Assembly: GCA_963665115.1 (NCBI GenBank)
Contig: OY762007.1
Location: 704,001-768,000, forward strand
Reading direction: 5' to 3'
DNA from: an uncultured Rivularia sp.
Lineage (GTDB): Bacteria > Cyanobacteriota > Cyanobacteriia > Cyanobacteriales > Nostocaceae
Length of the DNA: 64,000 nt
Shown: positions 29,339-40,014 of the stretch, one piece after another
Layout of the letters: the number at the start of each line of letters is the position of its first letter
Numbering within the stretch: the first letter of the stretch is position 1
The notes under the pieces: model-generated
The model's input: the letters and a program-made list of their open reading frames with translations, nothing else
Told to the model about the DNA's origin: nothing
Databases searched by the model: none
Translations under genes and position numbers: made by a program

Positions 29339-32227
29339 ATGACTGAATCAGGAAGCTACAAAAAAACAGTAAATTTACCCAAGACTAAGTTTGATATGCG
29401 GGCAAATGCTACCAAGCGCGAACCCGAAATCCAACAGTTTTGGGCTGAGAATAAAGTCTACGAACGCCTTTCTCAAGAGAATCCTGGCGAATTATTTATA
29501 TTACATGACGGGCCGCCCTACGCAAACGGTTCGCTACATATTGGTCACGCTTTAAACAAAATTCTTAAAGATATTATTAATCGTTACAAAATTTTACAAG
29601 GTCGCAAAATTAGTTATGTACCCGGTTGGGATTGTCACGGTTTGCCGATTGAATTAAAGGTGTTGCAAACCATGAAGTCTTCCGAAAGGCAGGAATTAAC
29701 GCCTTTGAAGTTGCGTAATAAAGCCAAAGATTTTGCTTGGGAAGCTGTCAACGAGCAGCGAGAAAGTTTTAAGAGATATGGTGTTTGGGGTGATTGGGAG
29801 CATCCTTATTTAACTTCCAATCCCCAATACGAAGCCGAACAAATTGCTGTTTTTGGCGATATGTTTTTGAAGGGTTACATCTATCGCGGTTTAAAACCCG
29901 TGCATTGGAGTCCTAGCTCAAAGACTGCTTTGGCTGAAGCTGAATTAGAATATCCGGAGGGACATACTTCACCAAGTATCTACGCTGCTTTCCCGATGAC
30001 TAATTTAGCGGATGCAGTAAAAGATAAATTATCAGAGTTTTTACCAGAGTTAGGTGTAGCAATTTGGACAACAACACCCTGGACAATTCCCGGTAATTTA
30101 GCCGTCGCGGTGAATCCAGCGCTCAATTATGCTGTGGTGGAAGTTGAGAATTTAGACCAAGTTAACTTTAAATATCTGATCGTCGCTGCGGATTTAGCGG
30201 AACGTCTTTCCGAAACATTTGGCGCGAAATTAACTGTTAAAGCGACTTTTAAAGGAAAAGAATTAGAAAATTCTACTTACCGTCATCCCTTATTTGACAG
30301 AGAATCTCCGGTAATTATCGGCGGCGACTACATCACCACAGAATCCGGTACCGGCTTAGTACATACTGCCCCAGGTCACGGTCAAGAAGATTACATCGTC
30401 GGACAAAAGTATAATTTACCAATTCTGGCTCCGGTTGACGCAAACGGTAAGTTTACCGAGGAAGCAGGGAAGTTTGTCGGTTTAAAAGTAGTTGGTGCAA
30501 AAGGAGAAATCAGCGAAGGGAATCAAGCAATTATCGACGCTTTAACGGAAGCTCATTCGCTAATAAAACACGAACCCTACGCGCATAAATATCCTTACGA
30601 TTGGCGTACCAAAAAGCCGACGATTTTTAGAGCTACCGAGCAATGGTTTGCTTCTGTAGAAAAATTTCGCGAAACAGCATTAGAGCAAATCAAATCCGTG
30701 CAGTGGATTCCCGCACAAGGGCAAAACCGGATAACGCCAATGGTTGCCGATCGAAATGATTGGTGTATTTCTCGTCAAAGAAGTTGGGGTGTTCCGATTC
30801 CGGTATTTTACGACGAGGAAACCAACGAGGTGGTTTTGAATGAAGAAACTATCAAGCACGTACAGGCAATAATTGCCGAAAAAGGAACTGACGCTTGGTG
30901 GGAACTGTCCGTAGAAGATTTGATGCCGGAAAAATACCGCAACGACGGCAGAAAGTACCGTAAAGGTATGGATACGATGGATGTATGGTTTGATTCCGGT
31001 TCCTCCTGGGCATCCGTAGTTGAACAGCGTCCGGAATTGCGTTATCCCGCCGACGTATATTTAGAAGGTTCCGACCAGCACAGGGGTTGGTTCCAATCGA
31101 GTTTACTTACCAGCGTCGCCGTTAACGGTGTTGCACCTTATAAAACAGTGTTGACTCACGGTTACACTTTAGACGAGAAAGGATTTAAGCAAAGTAAATC
31201 TTTAGGTAACGTAATTGACCCGAGAATCGTTATTGAAGGTGGTAAAAATCAGAAGCAGGAACCCGCTTATGGTGCCGACGTATTGCGATTGTGGGTTTCA
31301 TCGGTAGACTATACCAACGACGTAGGAATTGGTAAAAATACCTTGAAGCAAATCATGGATATCCGCAACAAGATTCGCAACACATCGCGTTTCTTGTTGG
31401 GTAACTTGCATGATTTTAATCCCCTAACAGATACAATGGCTTACAAAGATTTAGCCGAAATTGATAAATATATGCTGCATCGGATGACAGAAGTGTTTTC
31501 CGAAATCACCAATGCATACGAAACATTTCAATTCTCGCGATTCTTCCAAGCCGTACAGAATTTCTGCATCGTAGACTTATCCAACTTCTATTTAGATGTC
31601 GCCAAAGACAGATTGTACATCAGTAGTTTGGATGGCGATCGCCGTCGTAGCTGTCAAACAGTAATGCAAATCGCGCTAGAGAATTTAACCAAGGCGATCG
31701 CACCAGTCTTGTCTCACATGGCAGAAGACATTTGGCAATATTTACCTTACGAAACTCCCCAGAAATCAGTATTTGAAGCCGGATGGGTACAGTTAGAAGA
31801 TAAATGGAAAAATCCCGACATCGTAAAATTCTGGGAGAAAATCCGTCAAATTCGTAACGATGTAAATAAAGTGTTGGAAGAAGCCAGAATCGATAAAATG
31901 ATTGGCTCCTCCTTAGAAGCGAAAGTATTACTTTACATCAAAGACGAAGAATTGCGAAATGCAGTTAAATCGTTGAATGATAACAGTAATAATAACGTAG
32001 ACGAACTTCGTTACTTCTTCCTAACATCTCAAGCAGAAATCTTAGATAATCCCGGAATTGATGATTGTAAACACAAATCCCAGACAGATAACTGGGATAT
32101 CGGAGTCGCAAAAGCAGACGGCGAAAAGTGCGATCGATGCTGGAATTACTCTACAAAAGTCGGAGAATTCAAAGAACATCCCTTATTGTGCGAAAGATGC
32201 GTTAGTGCATTAGCAGGAGAATTCTAA
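29339..32227 (+). CDS. ileS: Isoleucine--tRNA ligase
   Basis: HDGPPYANG, HIGH, GWDCHGLPIE, WCISRQR, KQSKS, C-terminal CDRCW/CERC. Confidence 0.98.
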   Translation: MTESGSYKKTVNLPKTKFDMRANATKREPEIQQFWAENKVYERLSQENPGELFILHDGPPYANGSLHIGHALNKILKDIINRYKILQGRKISYVPGWDCHGLPIELKVLQTMKSSERQELTPLKLRNKAKDFAWEAVNEQRESFKRYGVWGDWEHPYLTSNPQYEAEQIAVFGDMFLKGYIYRGLKPVHWSPSSKTALAEAELEYPEGHTSPSIYAAFPMTNLADAVKDKLSEFLPELGVAIWTTTPWTIPGNLAVAVNPALNYAVVEVENLDQVNFKYLIVAADLAERLSETFGAKLTVKATFKGKELENSTYRHPLFDRESPVIIGGDYITTESGTGLVHTAPGHGQEDYIVGQKYNLPILAPVDANGKFTEEAGKFVGLKVVGAKGEISEGNQAIIDALTEAHSLIKHEPYAHKYPYDWRTKKPTIFRATEQWFASVEKFRETALEQIKSVQWIPAQGQNRITPMVADRNDWCISRQRSWGVPIPVFYDEETNEVVLNEETIKHVQAIIAEKGTDAWWELSVEDLMPEKYRNDGRKYRKGMDTMDVWFDSGSSWASVVEQRPELRYPADVYLEGSDQHRGWFQSSLLTSVAVNGVAPYKTVLTHGYTLDEKGFKQSKSLGNVIDPRIVIEGGKNQKQEPAYGADVLRLWVSSVDYTNDVGIGKNTLKQIMDIRNKIRNTSRFLLGNLHDFNPLTDTMAYKDLAEIDKYMLHRMTEVFSEITNAYETFQFSRFFQAVQNFCIVDLSNFYLDVAKDRLYISSLDGDRRRSCQTVMQIALENLTKAIAPVLSHMAEDIWQYLPYETPQKSVFEAGWVQLEDKWKNPDIVKFWEKIRQIRNDVNKVLEEARIDKMIGSSLEAKVLLYIKDEELRNAVKSLNDNSNNNVDELRYFFLTSQAEILDNPGIDDCKHKSQTDNWDIGVAKADGEKCDRCWNYSTKVGEFKEHPLLCERCVSALAGEF

Positions 32228-32244
32228 AACACACAGTCACCAAT

Positions 32245-32325
32245 GTAGAGACGTAGCACTGCTACGTCTCCCCGCATTTAAGGTTTTAATAATAATTTCG
32301 TCAAAAAATTTCTTTTAAATAGTAC
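32245..32325. repeat. GTAGAGACGTAGCA-REP plus tail, direct-repeat copy 1
   Basis: Ungapped similarity to 33078-33158. Confidence 0.75.
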
Positions 32326-32401
32326 AGTATTTCACCGGAAGAAAATAAACAAAGTCTAACTTATATTTAATTGACACTCGTTTATTTTTCTTTTTAATGC
32401 T

Positions 32402-33055
32402 ATGGAATTAACATTTATCTTTATTGTCTTTATTCTTACGATTATTTTAGTTCCCTTTGGTATCTATATTCAGTTCAAAGAAGATAAAGAAAGAAGAAAA
32501 GCTTACCAAACTTGGGCACAATCATACAATTGGTATTACAATCCGAAACGCGATGGAAAGATTTGCCGTAATTATAAACACTCAAATCTAATCCGGTTTA
32601 TCCTTACTATTTCTGTGTTTGACGTTATTAAAGGGACATGGGAAGGGTATTCATTTCTTTCTTTTAATATTCACTGTAAATATAAAAATAAACGTACTAA
32701 TTACATCGGAGGAGTAATAATTCATCTTCAGCAATCTTTCCCCAAAATTCTCATACGTCCAAAAAACAGTTTTAATTTATTCGGGAATATTTTAGATTTT
32801 AAAGATACTAGAACTGAATCTGTAGAATTTTCAAAACATTTTACTGTGCGTTGTAAAAATAAGGATTTTGCTTACGATTTTTGCAATCCAAGCATGATGA
32901 AATATCTTTTATCACAACCACATACATATATGGAAATTGAATTAAGCCAAAATACGCTGATTATTTTTAACTACTATAAATCGGCAATGAAGCCTAATGA
33001 CGTAGAAGAAAATTTAAATCAATTAATTCAACTGCGGAAATTAATGCCAAATTGA
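32402..33055 (+). CDS. Membrane-anchored hypothetical protein (DUF3137-like)
   Basis: N-terminal TM helix; ESVEFSKHFTV...FAYD...P.MMKYLL motif; very AT-rich. Confidence 0.7.
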   Translation: MELTFIFIVFILTIILVPFGIYIQFKEDKERRKAYQTWAQSYNWYYNPKRDGKICRNYKHSNLIRFILTISVFDVIKGTWEGYSFLSFNIHCKYKNKRTNYIGGVIIHLQQSFPKILIRPKNSFNLFGNILDFKDTRTESVEFSKHFTVRCKNKDFAYDFCNPSMMKYLLSQPHTYMEIELSQNTLIIFNYYKSAMKPNDVEENLNQLIQLRKLMPN

Positions 33056-33077
33056 AAAGGTTATACATATCAATTGT

Positions 33078-33158
33078 GTAGAGACGTAGCAGTGCTACGT
33101 CTCCCCGTGTTTAGGGTTGTACCAACAACTTCGTAAAAAAACATCATTTCAACAAAAC
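33078..33158. repeat. GTAGAGACGTAGCA-REP plus tail, direct-repeat copy 2
   Basis: See copy 1. Confidence 0.75.
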
Positions 33159-33179
33159 ACCCAAAAATAACAAATATTG

Positions 33180-33278
33180 TAGGTTGGGTTGAGGAACGTT
33201 AGCGCAGCGTGTCCCGCAAGGACATAACCCAACAAACGGTTGATAATGTTGGGTTTCACTTCGTTCAACCCAACCTAC
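33180..33278. repeat. GTAGGTTGGGT...ACCCAACCTAC REP doublet
   Basis: Terminal inverted repeat; related copy at 38484-38550. Confidence 0.8.
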
Positions 33279-33287
33279 CACTACATA

Positions 33288-34766
33288 GTTTCCATCCCCG
33301 TTGAGGGGAATAGGTTTGGAAAGCTGCTGCTTTCACGTCTGAGCCCAAATATGTGATCGTTTCCATCCCCGTTGAGGGGAATAGGTTTGGAAAGTACTTG
33401 CAAGGTGCTTCGTAAAGTTTGCACAAGAAAAGTTTCCATCCCCGTTGAGGGGAATAGGTTTGGAAAGGAGGGAATGTACGGCAAAGCCGTATGGGTGCTA
33501 GATGGTTTCCATCCCCGTTGAGGGGAATAGGTTTGGAAAGAATAAAAAATTTAGAGAAGAAGTAGCAAATTCATGTTTCCATCCCCGTTGAGGGGAATAG
33601 GTTTGGAAAGGATTATCGGTCACTCAAATAGATCCAGTAGGAATGTTTCCATCCCCGTTGAGGGGAATAGGTTTGGAAAGATAATATTGAAAGAAGATGG
33701 CGATTTTACAAATAAGGTTTCCATCCCCGTTGAGGGGAATAGGTTTGGAAAGACGCTGCTTTAGGTTTCGCTGCTGGTGTTGCTTTAACGTTTCCATCCC
33801 CGTTGAGGGGAATAGGTTTGGAAAGTGGTTTGAACGAAAGAAAATATGCTATTATCTGTGGGTTTCCATCCCCGTTGAGGGGAATAGGTTTGGAAAGAAG
33901 GAAATTATATTTTTCTTGCAAAAAAGCAATAGAGTTTCCATCCCCGTTGAGGGGAATAGGTTTGGAAAGTTGTAAGAGTTTCGTGTGAAGATCCTAATAC
34001 GAAACGTTTCCATCCCCGTTGAGGGGAATAGGTTTGGAAAGTTTTCGTATCTAACTGCCCAAAAAGGTGTGTATGTTCCGGTTTCCATCCCCGTTGAGGG
34101 GAATAGGTTTGGAAAGGTTGAAAAAGTTCTCCCAGGAGAGCTTATATTAAAAGTTTCCATCCCCGTTGAGGGGAATAGGTTTGGAAAGAGGAGTAGAAGT
34201 TGCAAAAGCTGACAGTGCACCAGGTAGTTTCCATCCCCGTTGAGGGGAATAGGTTTGGAAAGGAAGGGTCTAAATTGTTTAAGTAAAACAACTAGAAAGG
34301 TTTCCATCCCCGTTGAGGGGAATAGGTTTGGAAAGAGAAAAGAAGTAAGCCTAAAGCTCCAAGAAGAAAGTTTCCATCCCCGTTGAGGGGAATAGGTTTG
34401 GAAAGAATAAACCTGCAGAAGCTAATACCAAAGAATGGGTGTTTCCATCCCCGTTGAGGGGAATAGGTTTGGAAAGAATTCATACAGTTAGTAACGACTA
34501 CATGGATTATGTTTCCATCCCCGTTGAGGGGAATAGGTTTGGAAAGTGCCCCATGCATTCTGGAAAACCTTTCGTTGGAGAAAGAGTTTCCATCCCCGTT
34601 GAGGGGAATAGGTTTGGAAAGTGTAAGAGTCAATTTGAACTCTTCCATATTTCTGCCAGTTTCCATCCCCGTTGAGGGGAATAGGTTTGGAAAGAAGCAT
34701 CTAATAATTCTGTTTTTGTAGGACTTTAATGTTTCCATCCCCGTTGAGGGGAATAGGTTTGGAAAG
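33288..34766 (-). CRISPR. CRISPR array, 21 identical 36-bp repeats and 20 spacers (34-39 bp), type III-like repeat
   Basis: Minus-strand repeat CTTTCCAAACCTATTCCCCTCAACGGGGATGGAAAC with CCCC/GGGG hairpin before an 8-nt ATGGAAAC handle; leader on the right. Confidence 0.98.
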
Positions 34767-34960
34767 AGTTCACTTCTAGAACCGTTACACAGCAGGGGTT
34801 TGGAATACCCCAATCGACACACTCTGAAAAAATGGAAAAATTTTTCGGAGAATTGATGATTTTTGTCGTCTGAAAGCCTTACTGGGCAAGCAATCGACAC
34901 ACTCCAACGAAGTTATAGGGTTTTCAAGGTTCTGGCGGAGTGTGTCGATTTTGATGTATC
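34767..34960 (-). promoter_or_regulatory. CRISPR leader
   Basis: Non-coding, abuts the end repeat; AATCGACACACTC at 34812 and 34892, inverted at 34938. Confidence 0.8.
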
Positions 34961-35257
34961 GCAACTCTATGAATAATCTAAGTGTAATCAAATTCATAGT
35001 CAACTACTTAGAAACAAATTGAAACAATTAAATAGGGGAAACATTTCGTGGAAGAGGAAATTAGGAATCTATGATGATTTATAAGTCGATTTAAATTAGC
35101 ATTGCATATTGTCATATATAATACAATTCTGAACTAACAAACACTTAACCAATATTAATATAATTTTTTCCATTAAAATTATAGGTTGGATTGAAGGTCT
35201 TGTAAATCGAGCTTTCTTAGCAGAGAAATGTCCATTTGCCCCTCTCAATTTTCTTTA

Positions 35258-35596
35258 TTAACAACTAAGCAAAGTTGTAAGCATTCCTACCATATAATCA
35301 GTCAAATCTTGGTCAATAACAACACCAGTGGTTTCCCAGCATCGATCGTTTAGGTCTAAATTTCGCACCTGTTCTGTATCAACCGATCCTGTAATAGATA
35401 AATTATCTGGTAATGGCACTAAGGTTTTAATTTTGGGCTTGATAGTGTTAGTTATGGGTAAAACAATAACCATCTTGCGCCGATGATTGAACTTAGTATT
35501 ACTAATCACTAAGTAAGGTCTGGTTTTTCCTTGTTGCTCCCTACCTGAAGTTGGATTAAGGTTTATTCTGATAATTTCTCCTCTTTGAACGCTCAA
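35258..35596 (-). CDS. PemK/MazF family toxin
   Basis: RGEII..NLNPTSGREQQG.TRPYLVIS, VLPIT, EQVRNLD. Confidence 0.92.
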   Translation of the reverse strand: MSVQRGEIIRINLNPTSGREQQGKTRPYLVISNTKFNHRRKMVIVLPITNTIKPKIKTLVPLPDNLSITGSVDTEQVRNLDLNDRCWETTGVVIDQDLTDYMVGMLTTLLSC

Positions 35597-35850
35597 ATTA
35601 ACTCTCTCCCCTGTGGTTCCGACTGAGGAAAGTCCTGTAAGTCTTCTGGATGTCTGTAATCTTCAGGAATACTATCTAAAATTTCATCCAAAGTTGGCAA
35701 TGTTTTATCTTGCTCTATAATCAAGCGATCGCCTTCTATACTTACCAAAATATTGCTGTTAGCCTCCAGTTTGAGATCGTTGACTATCGAACTAGGGACG
35801 ATTAACCCTAAGCTATTCCCCCATTTTTTGATTTGACTTTTGATTTTCAT
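35593..35850 (-). CDS. AbrB/MazE family antitoxin
   Basis: IKKWGNSLGLIVP, TLDEILD, P.GRE; overlaps the toxin. Confidence 0.92.
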   Translation of the reverse strand: MKIKSQIKKWGNSLGLIVPSSIVNDLKLEANSNILVSIEGDRLIIEQDKTLPTLDEILDSIPEDYRHPEDLQDFPQSEPQGRELI

Positions 35851-36068
35851 AAATTAGACATAGTATAATTAGACATAGTATAACAAATTAAGGGAGCTTT
35901 CCGGCTTCCATTGCAATTACCCGTTACCAATTACCAATTATCAATTACCAATTACCAATTACCAATTACCAATTACAATTCCTGAGTTAATTGAGTAAAC
36001 GCTGGGAATTTGACGAAGATAAATACTTCACATAACTTATCAAGCAACGCCTCCATCCTTATATTCCA

Positions 36069-36087
36069 TATAATGATAAGAATTGCT
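36069..36087 (+). promoter_or_regulatory. Possible Fur/PerR-type box upstream of katG
   Basis: TATAATGATAAGAATTGCT, 13/19 match to GATAATGATAATCATTATC; AT-rich background weakens this. Confidence 0.3.
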
Positions 36088-36172
36088 GTGACACAAACTT
36101 TAGCCTACACAATCTCCTCAAGTAAAATCTCAAACTAAACCATCACAACAACTATAGAAAGGACTGAACTAA

Positions 36173-38458
36173 ATGAACAACAACCCTACTGACGCTCCCG
36201 CACAATGCCCCTTTCGTGGAACCCGCGTTGGAGGAGCGCTCGGTTCTAAGCCGCAAACTGATGACTGGTGGCCGAATCGACTTCAGGTGGAGCTGCTTCA
36301 CCAAAATTCACCTCTAGCTAACCCGTTAGGAGATTTCAACTATCAAGAAGCGTTTCAAAAGATTGACTTCCAACAGTTGAAGAAGGATATCAAAACTCTA
36401 CTCACAAATTCAAAAGACTGGTGGCCAGCCGACTACGGCAACTACGGACCTCAGATGATCCGCATGGCATGGCACGCTGCGGGAACCTACCGCATCGCAG
36501 ACGGTCGCGGGGGAGCGAGCCGAGGTATGCAGCGCTTTGCCCCGATCAATTCTTGGTGGGATAACGGCAACACAGATAAATCACGACGGCTGCTGTGGCC
36601 AATCAAGCAGAAATACGGCGCAGCACTAAGCTGGGCAGATTTAATGATTTTGGTCGGCAACTGCTCGCTGGAAATCATGGGTTTGAAGACTTTTGGCTAC
36701 GGCGGTGGTCGCATTGACGCTTGGGAAGCAGATCGCGCTACCTACTGGGGGCCTGAGTTCTGGAACGGTGAACCCTTCGGAGAAAATGGTAAGGAACACG
36801 AGGGACATCCAGATGAGATGGTGACTCGAACAATTCGCTGGGTTGGCGAACCGAAAGACGAATACTACGACCTGGAAAACCCTTTGGGAGCTTCGCACCA
36901 GGCTTTAATTTACGTCGATCCAGAAGGTCCTGATGGCAGCGGAGACCCGATTGCATCTGCCCGCGACATCCGCGAGACTTTTGCTCGCATGGCAATGAAC
37001 GATGAGGAAACTGTAGCGTTGATTGCGGGTGGTCATGCTTTTGGTAAAAGCCACGGTATGGTTGCGGCAGGCAAGATTGGGCCAGCCCCCGAAGGTGCGC
37101 CGATTCAGGCAATGGGCTTGGGGTGGCAGAATCCCGAAGGTACTGGGTTTGCCGAATATACAATGACAAACGGGATTGAAGGCTCATGGACACCAAACCC
37201 CACCCAATGGGACAACAGCTACCTAGAAAATCTCTTTAAATACGATTGGGAAAAAGACAAGAGTCCAACTGGTGCGATTCAGTGGAAGCCAGTTGATCCT
37301 AGTGCGCCAAAGACACCAGATGCCCATAAATCTGGTGTCGAGCATTCCTTAATGATGATGACTTCAGACGTTGCGTTGAAGGAAGATTCTGCTTATCATC
37401 AAGTCTGTAAAAGCTTTCTGGGTGACTTCGAGTACTTTAGCGATACATTTGCGCGTGCTTGGTATAAGCTGACTCATCGGGACATGGGACCAAAAGTACG
37501 CTATCTTGGCCCAGAAGTTCCACAGGAAGACCTGACTTGGCAAGACCCGATTCCACAACTCGACCACGATGTTGTCAATGATGCCGATATTAGTTCTCTT
37601 AAAAACAAGATTTTGGCGAGCGGTCTTTCAGTATCGGCGCTAGTGTCGGCAGCTTGGGCTTCCGCATCAAACTATCGCGACTCAGACAAGCGCGGTGGTG
37701 CGAATGGCGCTCGCGTTCGTTTAGACCCCCAAAAAGATTGGGAAGTAAATCGTCCGCAAGAACTCAGTCAGGTTTTATCCACTCTTGAGCGAATTCAGGC
37801 GGACTTTAACGGCACCCAGTCAGGTAACAAAAAAGTCTCGATGGCAGACCTGATTGTCCTCGGTGGCTGCGCTGCTGTCGAAAAAGCTGCCAAAGATGCT
37901 GGAATTGACACCAGTGTTCCATTCACACCAGGTCGAATGGATACTACTCTAGAAGTGACAGATGTTGAAAGCTTTGAATGGCTCAAACCAGTCTCCGACG
38001 GTTTCAGAAATTATCATAACGAGGCTGTGGGCTATAAGGTGAAGGCAGAGCGCATCTTCCTCGATCGCGCACAGCTGCTGACACTGACCGCACCCGAGTG
38101 GACGGTTCTTGTTGGTGGACTTCGCGCCCTCGACCAAAACTGGGATAATTCCAAGCATGGTATATTCACTGACCGACCAGGTGTTTTAACCAACGACTTT
38201 TTCCGTGTCTTGACCAGCATGGACTACGAGTGGAAGCCAATTGACAATCGCGAGATGCTCTTTAATATTTGCGATCGCGAAACAGGCGAAACCAAGTTTA
38301 CCGCGACACGCTGCGACTTGATTTTCGGTTCTAACGCCGAACTGCGTCAAGTAGCTGAAGTCTACGGAGCCGACGACGGTAAAGAGCGGATGGTTAAAGA
38401 CTTTGTTGCAGCTTGGAATAAAGTGATGATGCTCGATCGCTTTGACGTTAGCGCATAA
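36173..38458 (+). CDS. katG: Catalase-peroxidase
   Basis: [40 protein letters not shown], duplicated C-domain. Confidence 0.97.
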   Translation: MNNNPTDAPAQCPFRGTRVGGALGSKPQTDDWWPNRLQVELLHQNSPLANPLGDFNYQEAFQKIDFQQLKKDIKTLLTNSKDWWPADYGNYGPQMIRMAWHAAGTYRIADGRGGASRGMQRFAPINSWWDNGNTDKSRRLLWPIKQKYGAALSWADLMILVGNCSLEIMGLKTFGYGGGRIDAWEADRATYWGPEFWNGEPFGENGKEHEGHPDEMVTRTIRWVGEPKDEYYDLENPLGASHQALIYVDPEGPDGSGDPIASARDIRETFARMAMNDEETVALIAGGHAFGKSHGMVAAGKIGPAPEGAPIQAMGLGWQNPEGTGFAEYTMTNGIEGSWTPNPTQWDNSYLENLFKYDWEKDKSPTGAIQWKPVDPSAPKTPDAHKSGVEHSLMMMTSDVALKEDSAYHQVCKSFLGDFEYFSDTFARAWYKLTHRDMGPKVRYLGPEVPQEDLTWQDPIPQLDHDVVNDADISSLKNKILASGLSVSALVSAAWASASNYRDSDKRGGANGARVRLDPQKDWEVNRPQELSQVLSTLERIQADFNGTQSGNKKVSMADLIVLGGCAAVEKAAKDAGIDTSVPFTPGRMDTTLEVTDVESFEWLKPVSDGFRNYHNEAVGYKVKAERIFLDRAQLLTLTAPEWTVLVGGLRALDQNWDNSKHGIFTDRPGVLTNDFFRVLTSMDYEWKPIDNREMLFNICDRETGETKFTATRCDLIFGSNAELRQVAEVYGADDGKERMVKDFVAAWNKVMMLDRFDVSA

Positions 38459-38593
38459 AGGTGAAATTGTTGTACTGGATTTTGTAGGTTGGGTGAAGCG
38501 TTAGCGCAACCCACACAGATATTGGGTTACACTCCGTTCAACCCAACCTACCACTCGATTACCAATTACCAATTACCAATTCCCAATTCCCAA

Positions 38594-39478
38594 TTAAAGT
38601 TTTTTCAACAATTCCTGAGTCAATTGATTAAAAGCTTTTGAACCTCCAGATTGCGGACTATTTAACACCACTGGCATAAAACTATCAACTGCTTTAGCAA
38701 CATTTACATCAACTGGTATTTGCGTTTGACAAATTTTTTCAGCACCATAATCTTGATAAACGCGATTGATTACTTGTTTATAATATCTTCCAGTTAACAT
38801 ATTGCTGTTGGACATTGTAAACACAATTCCCAACATTGATATATCTATATTTGCCTCGTTCTCGTGACTTTCTTTTAACTGAGCAATGCGTCTTTCTAAT
38901 AACTGAATACCAACCACAGATAAAGGTTCTGGTTTCGCAGGAAGAACGTAAAAATCGCTGGCAGCTAAAGCGCTACGAGTTAAAAGATTATAGCCGGGAG
39001 CGCAATCGAGAAGAATGAAATCATACTCATCACGTACTGGTTCTAAAATCTTACCCAGCAACACTCTTTCAAAACGATTCCAAATTGCTTCAAAATTATT
39101 TTCACCCAAACTTACTGCTTGTTGGTGCAGCATTTGCGACACAATGAATTCATCGTATAAATCGATATCTCCCGGCAGCAAATCAAGTCCTGAAAGGTTA
39201 TTAAGTGAAGGTTGAATAATCTCTTGAATCGATAATTTTTTCCGATTTGGTGATTTGACAATATCATCGATCAAATATCTTAAAGTCTGTCTTTTTTTCC
39301 GCAGTTTAGCAAACTCAATCGGCGACATCAAACTTAGAGTAGCGCTGATTTGAGTATCTAAATCCAACACAAGCACCCGCTTACCGTGATTTTTCGCCAA
39401 ACAAGTAGCCAAATTAACAGTAAGAGTAGTTTTACCAACCCCACCCTTCATATTTGCCGTCGAAATTACATATCCCAT
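38594..39478 (-). CDS. ParA/MinD family ATPase
   Basis: Deviant Walker A NMKGGVGKTT, LDLDTQ, ILLDCAP. Confidence 0.92.
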   Translation of the reverse strand: MGYVISTANMKGGVGKTTLTVNLATCLAKNHGKRVLVLDLDTQISATLSLMSPIEFAKLRKKRQTLRYLIDDIVKSPNRKKLSIQEIIQPSLNNLSGLDLLPGDIDLYDEFIVSQMLHQQAVSLGENNFEAIWNRFERVLLGKILEPVRDEYDFILLDCAPGYNLLTRSALAASDFYVLPAKPEPLSVVGIQLLERRIAQLKESHENEANIDISMLGIVFTMSNSNMLTGRYYKQVINRVYQDYGAEKICQTQIPVDVNVAKAVDSFMPVVLNSPQSGGSKAFNQLTQELLKKL

Positions 39479-40014
39479 TCTTACAGTTCCTCTGTTAACG
39501 CATTCCGATTTAAGTCAAGCAAACGTATCTATAAAATTCAAAATTACAGCGAGATTTAAGATTTTTTATACTCCAGAAATTGGCATTGATAATGTTTTAT
39601 TATTTAAGGCAGTCAGATTATACCTGTGAGTTGATTATTGGTAAAGCCAATTCATGTATTTCTTTAGATATATAAAATTTCTCTGTAAATCCTCACACTC
39701 GCCTTGGAATAAATTCCCAGGCTAATATACGAAGTCGTCTAAAGACGACTGCATAGGGAATTGAGTAGGTTTTAACTCTTAAGGAACCTAAAACTAATTG
39801 CGTTAAGATTAATAACTTACAAAATTCTTAAAAAGCACAAATAAACCCGATTTCTTGCTGGTTGTATAACGAGATAATTATATTTTTACAAATAGAAACC
39901 CGGTTGCTATAACTGCTGATGTGCAATTAAACGGCGTTTCAACGTACATCTTGCACCATTGTTGTTAAGCCCACATTCCAAGGTGTGAAAGCCAATCGCG
40001 GATACTGCAAAAAA

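Noticed and set aside
34188..34226. Spacer GVEVAKAD resembling ileS GVAKAD (self-targeting)
   Set aside because: Nucleotide identity is only a short patch; by eye I found no spacer match in the window
33281..34900. Many short ORFs over the CRISPR array
   Set aside because: Translations of repeats and spacers
36487..38220. Several antisense ORFs within katG
   Set aside because: Shadow frames expected in a GC-richer gene
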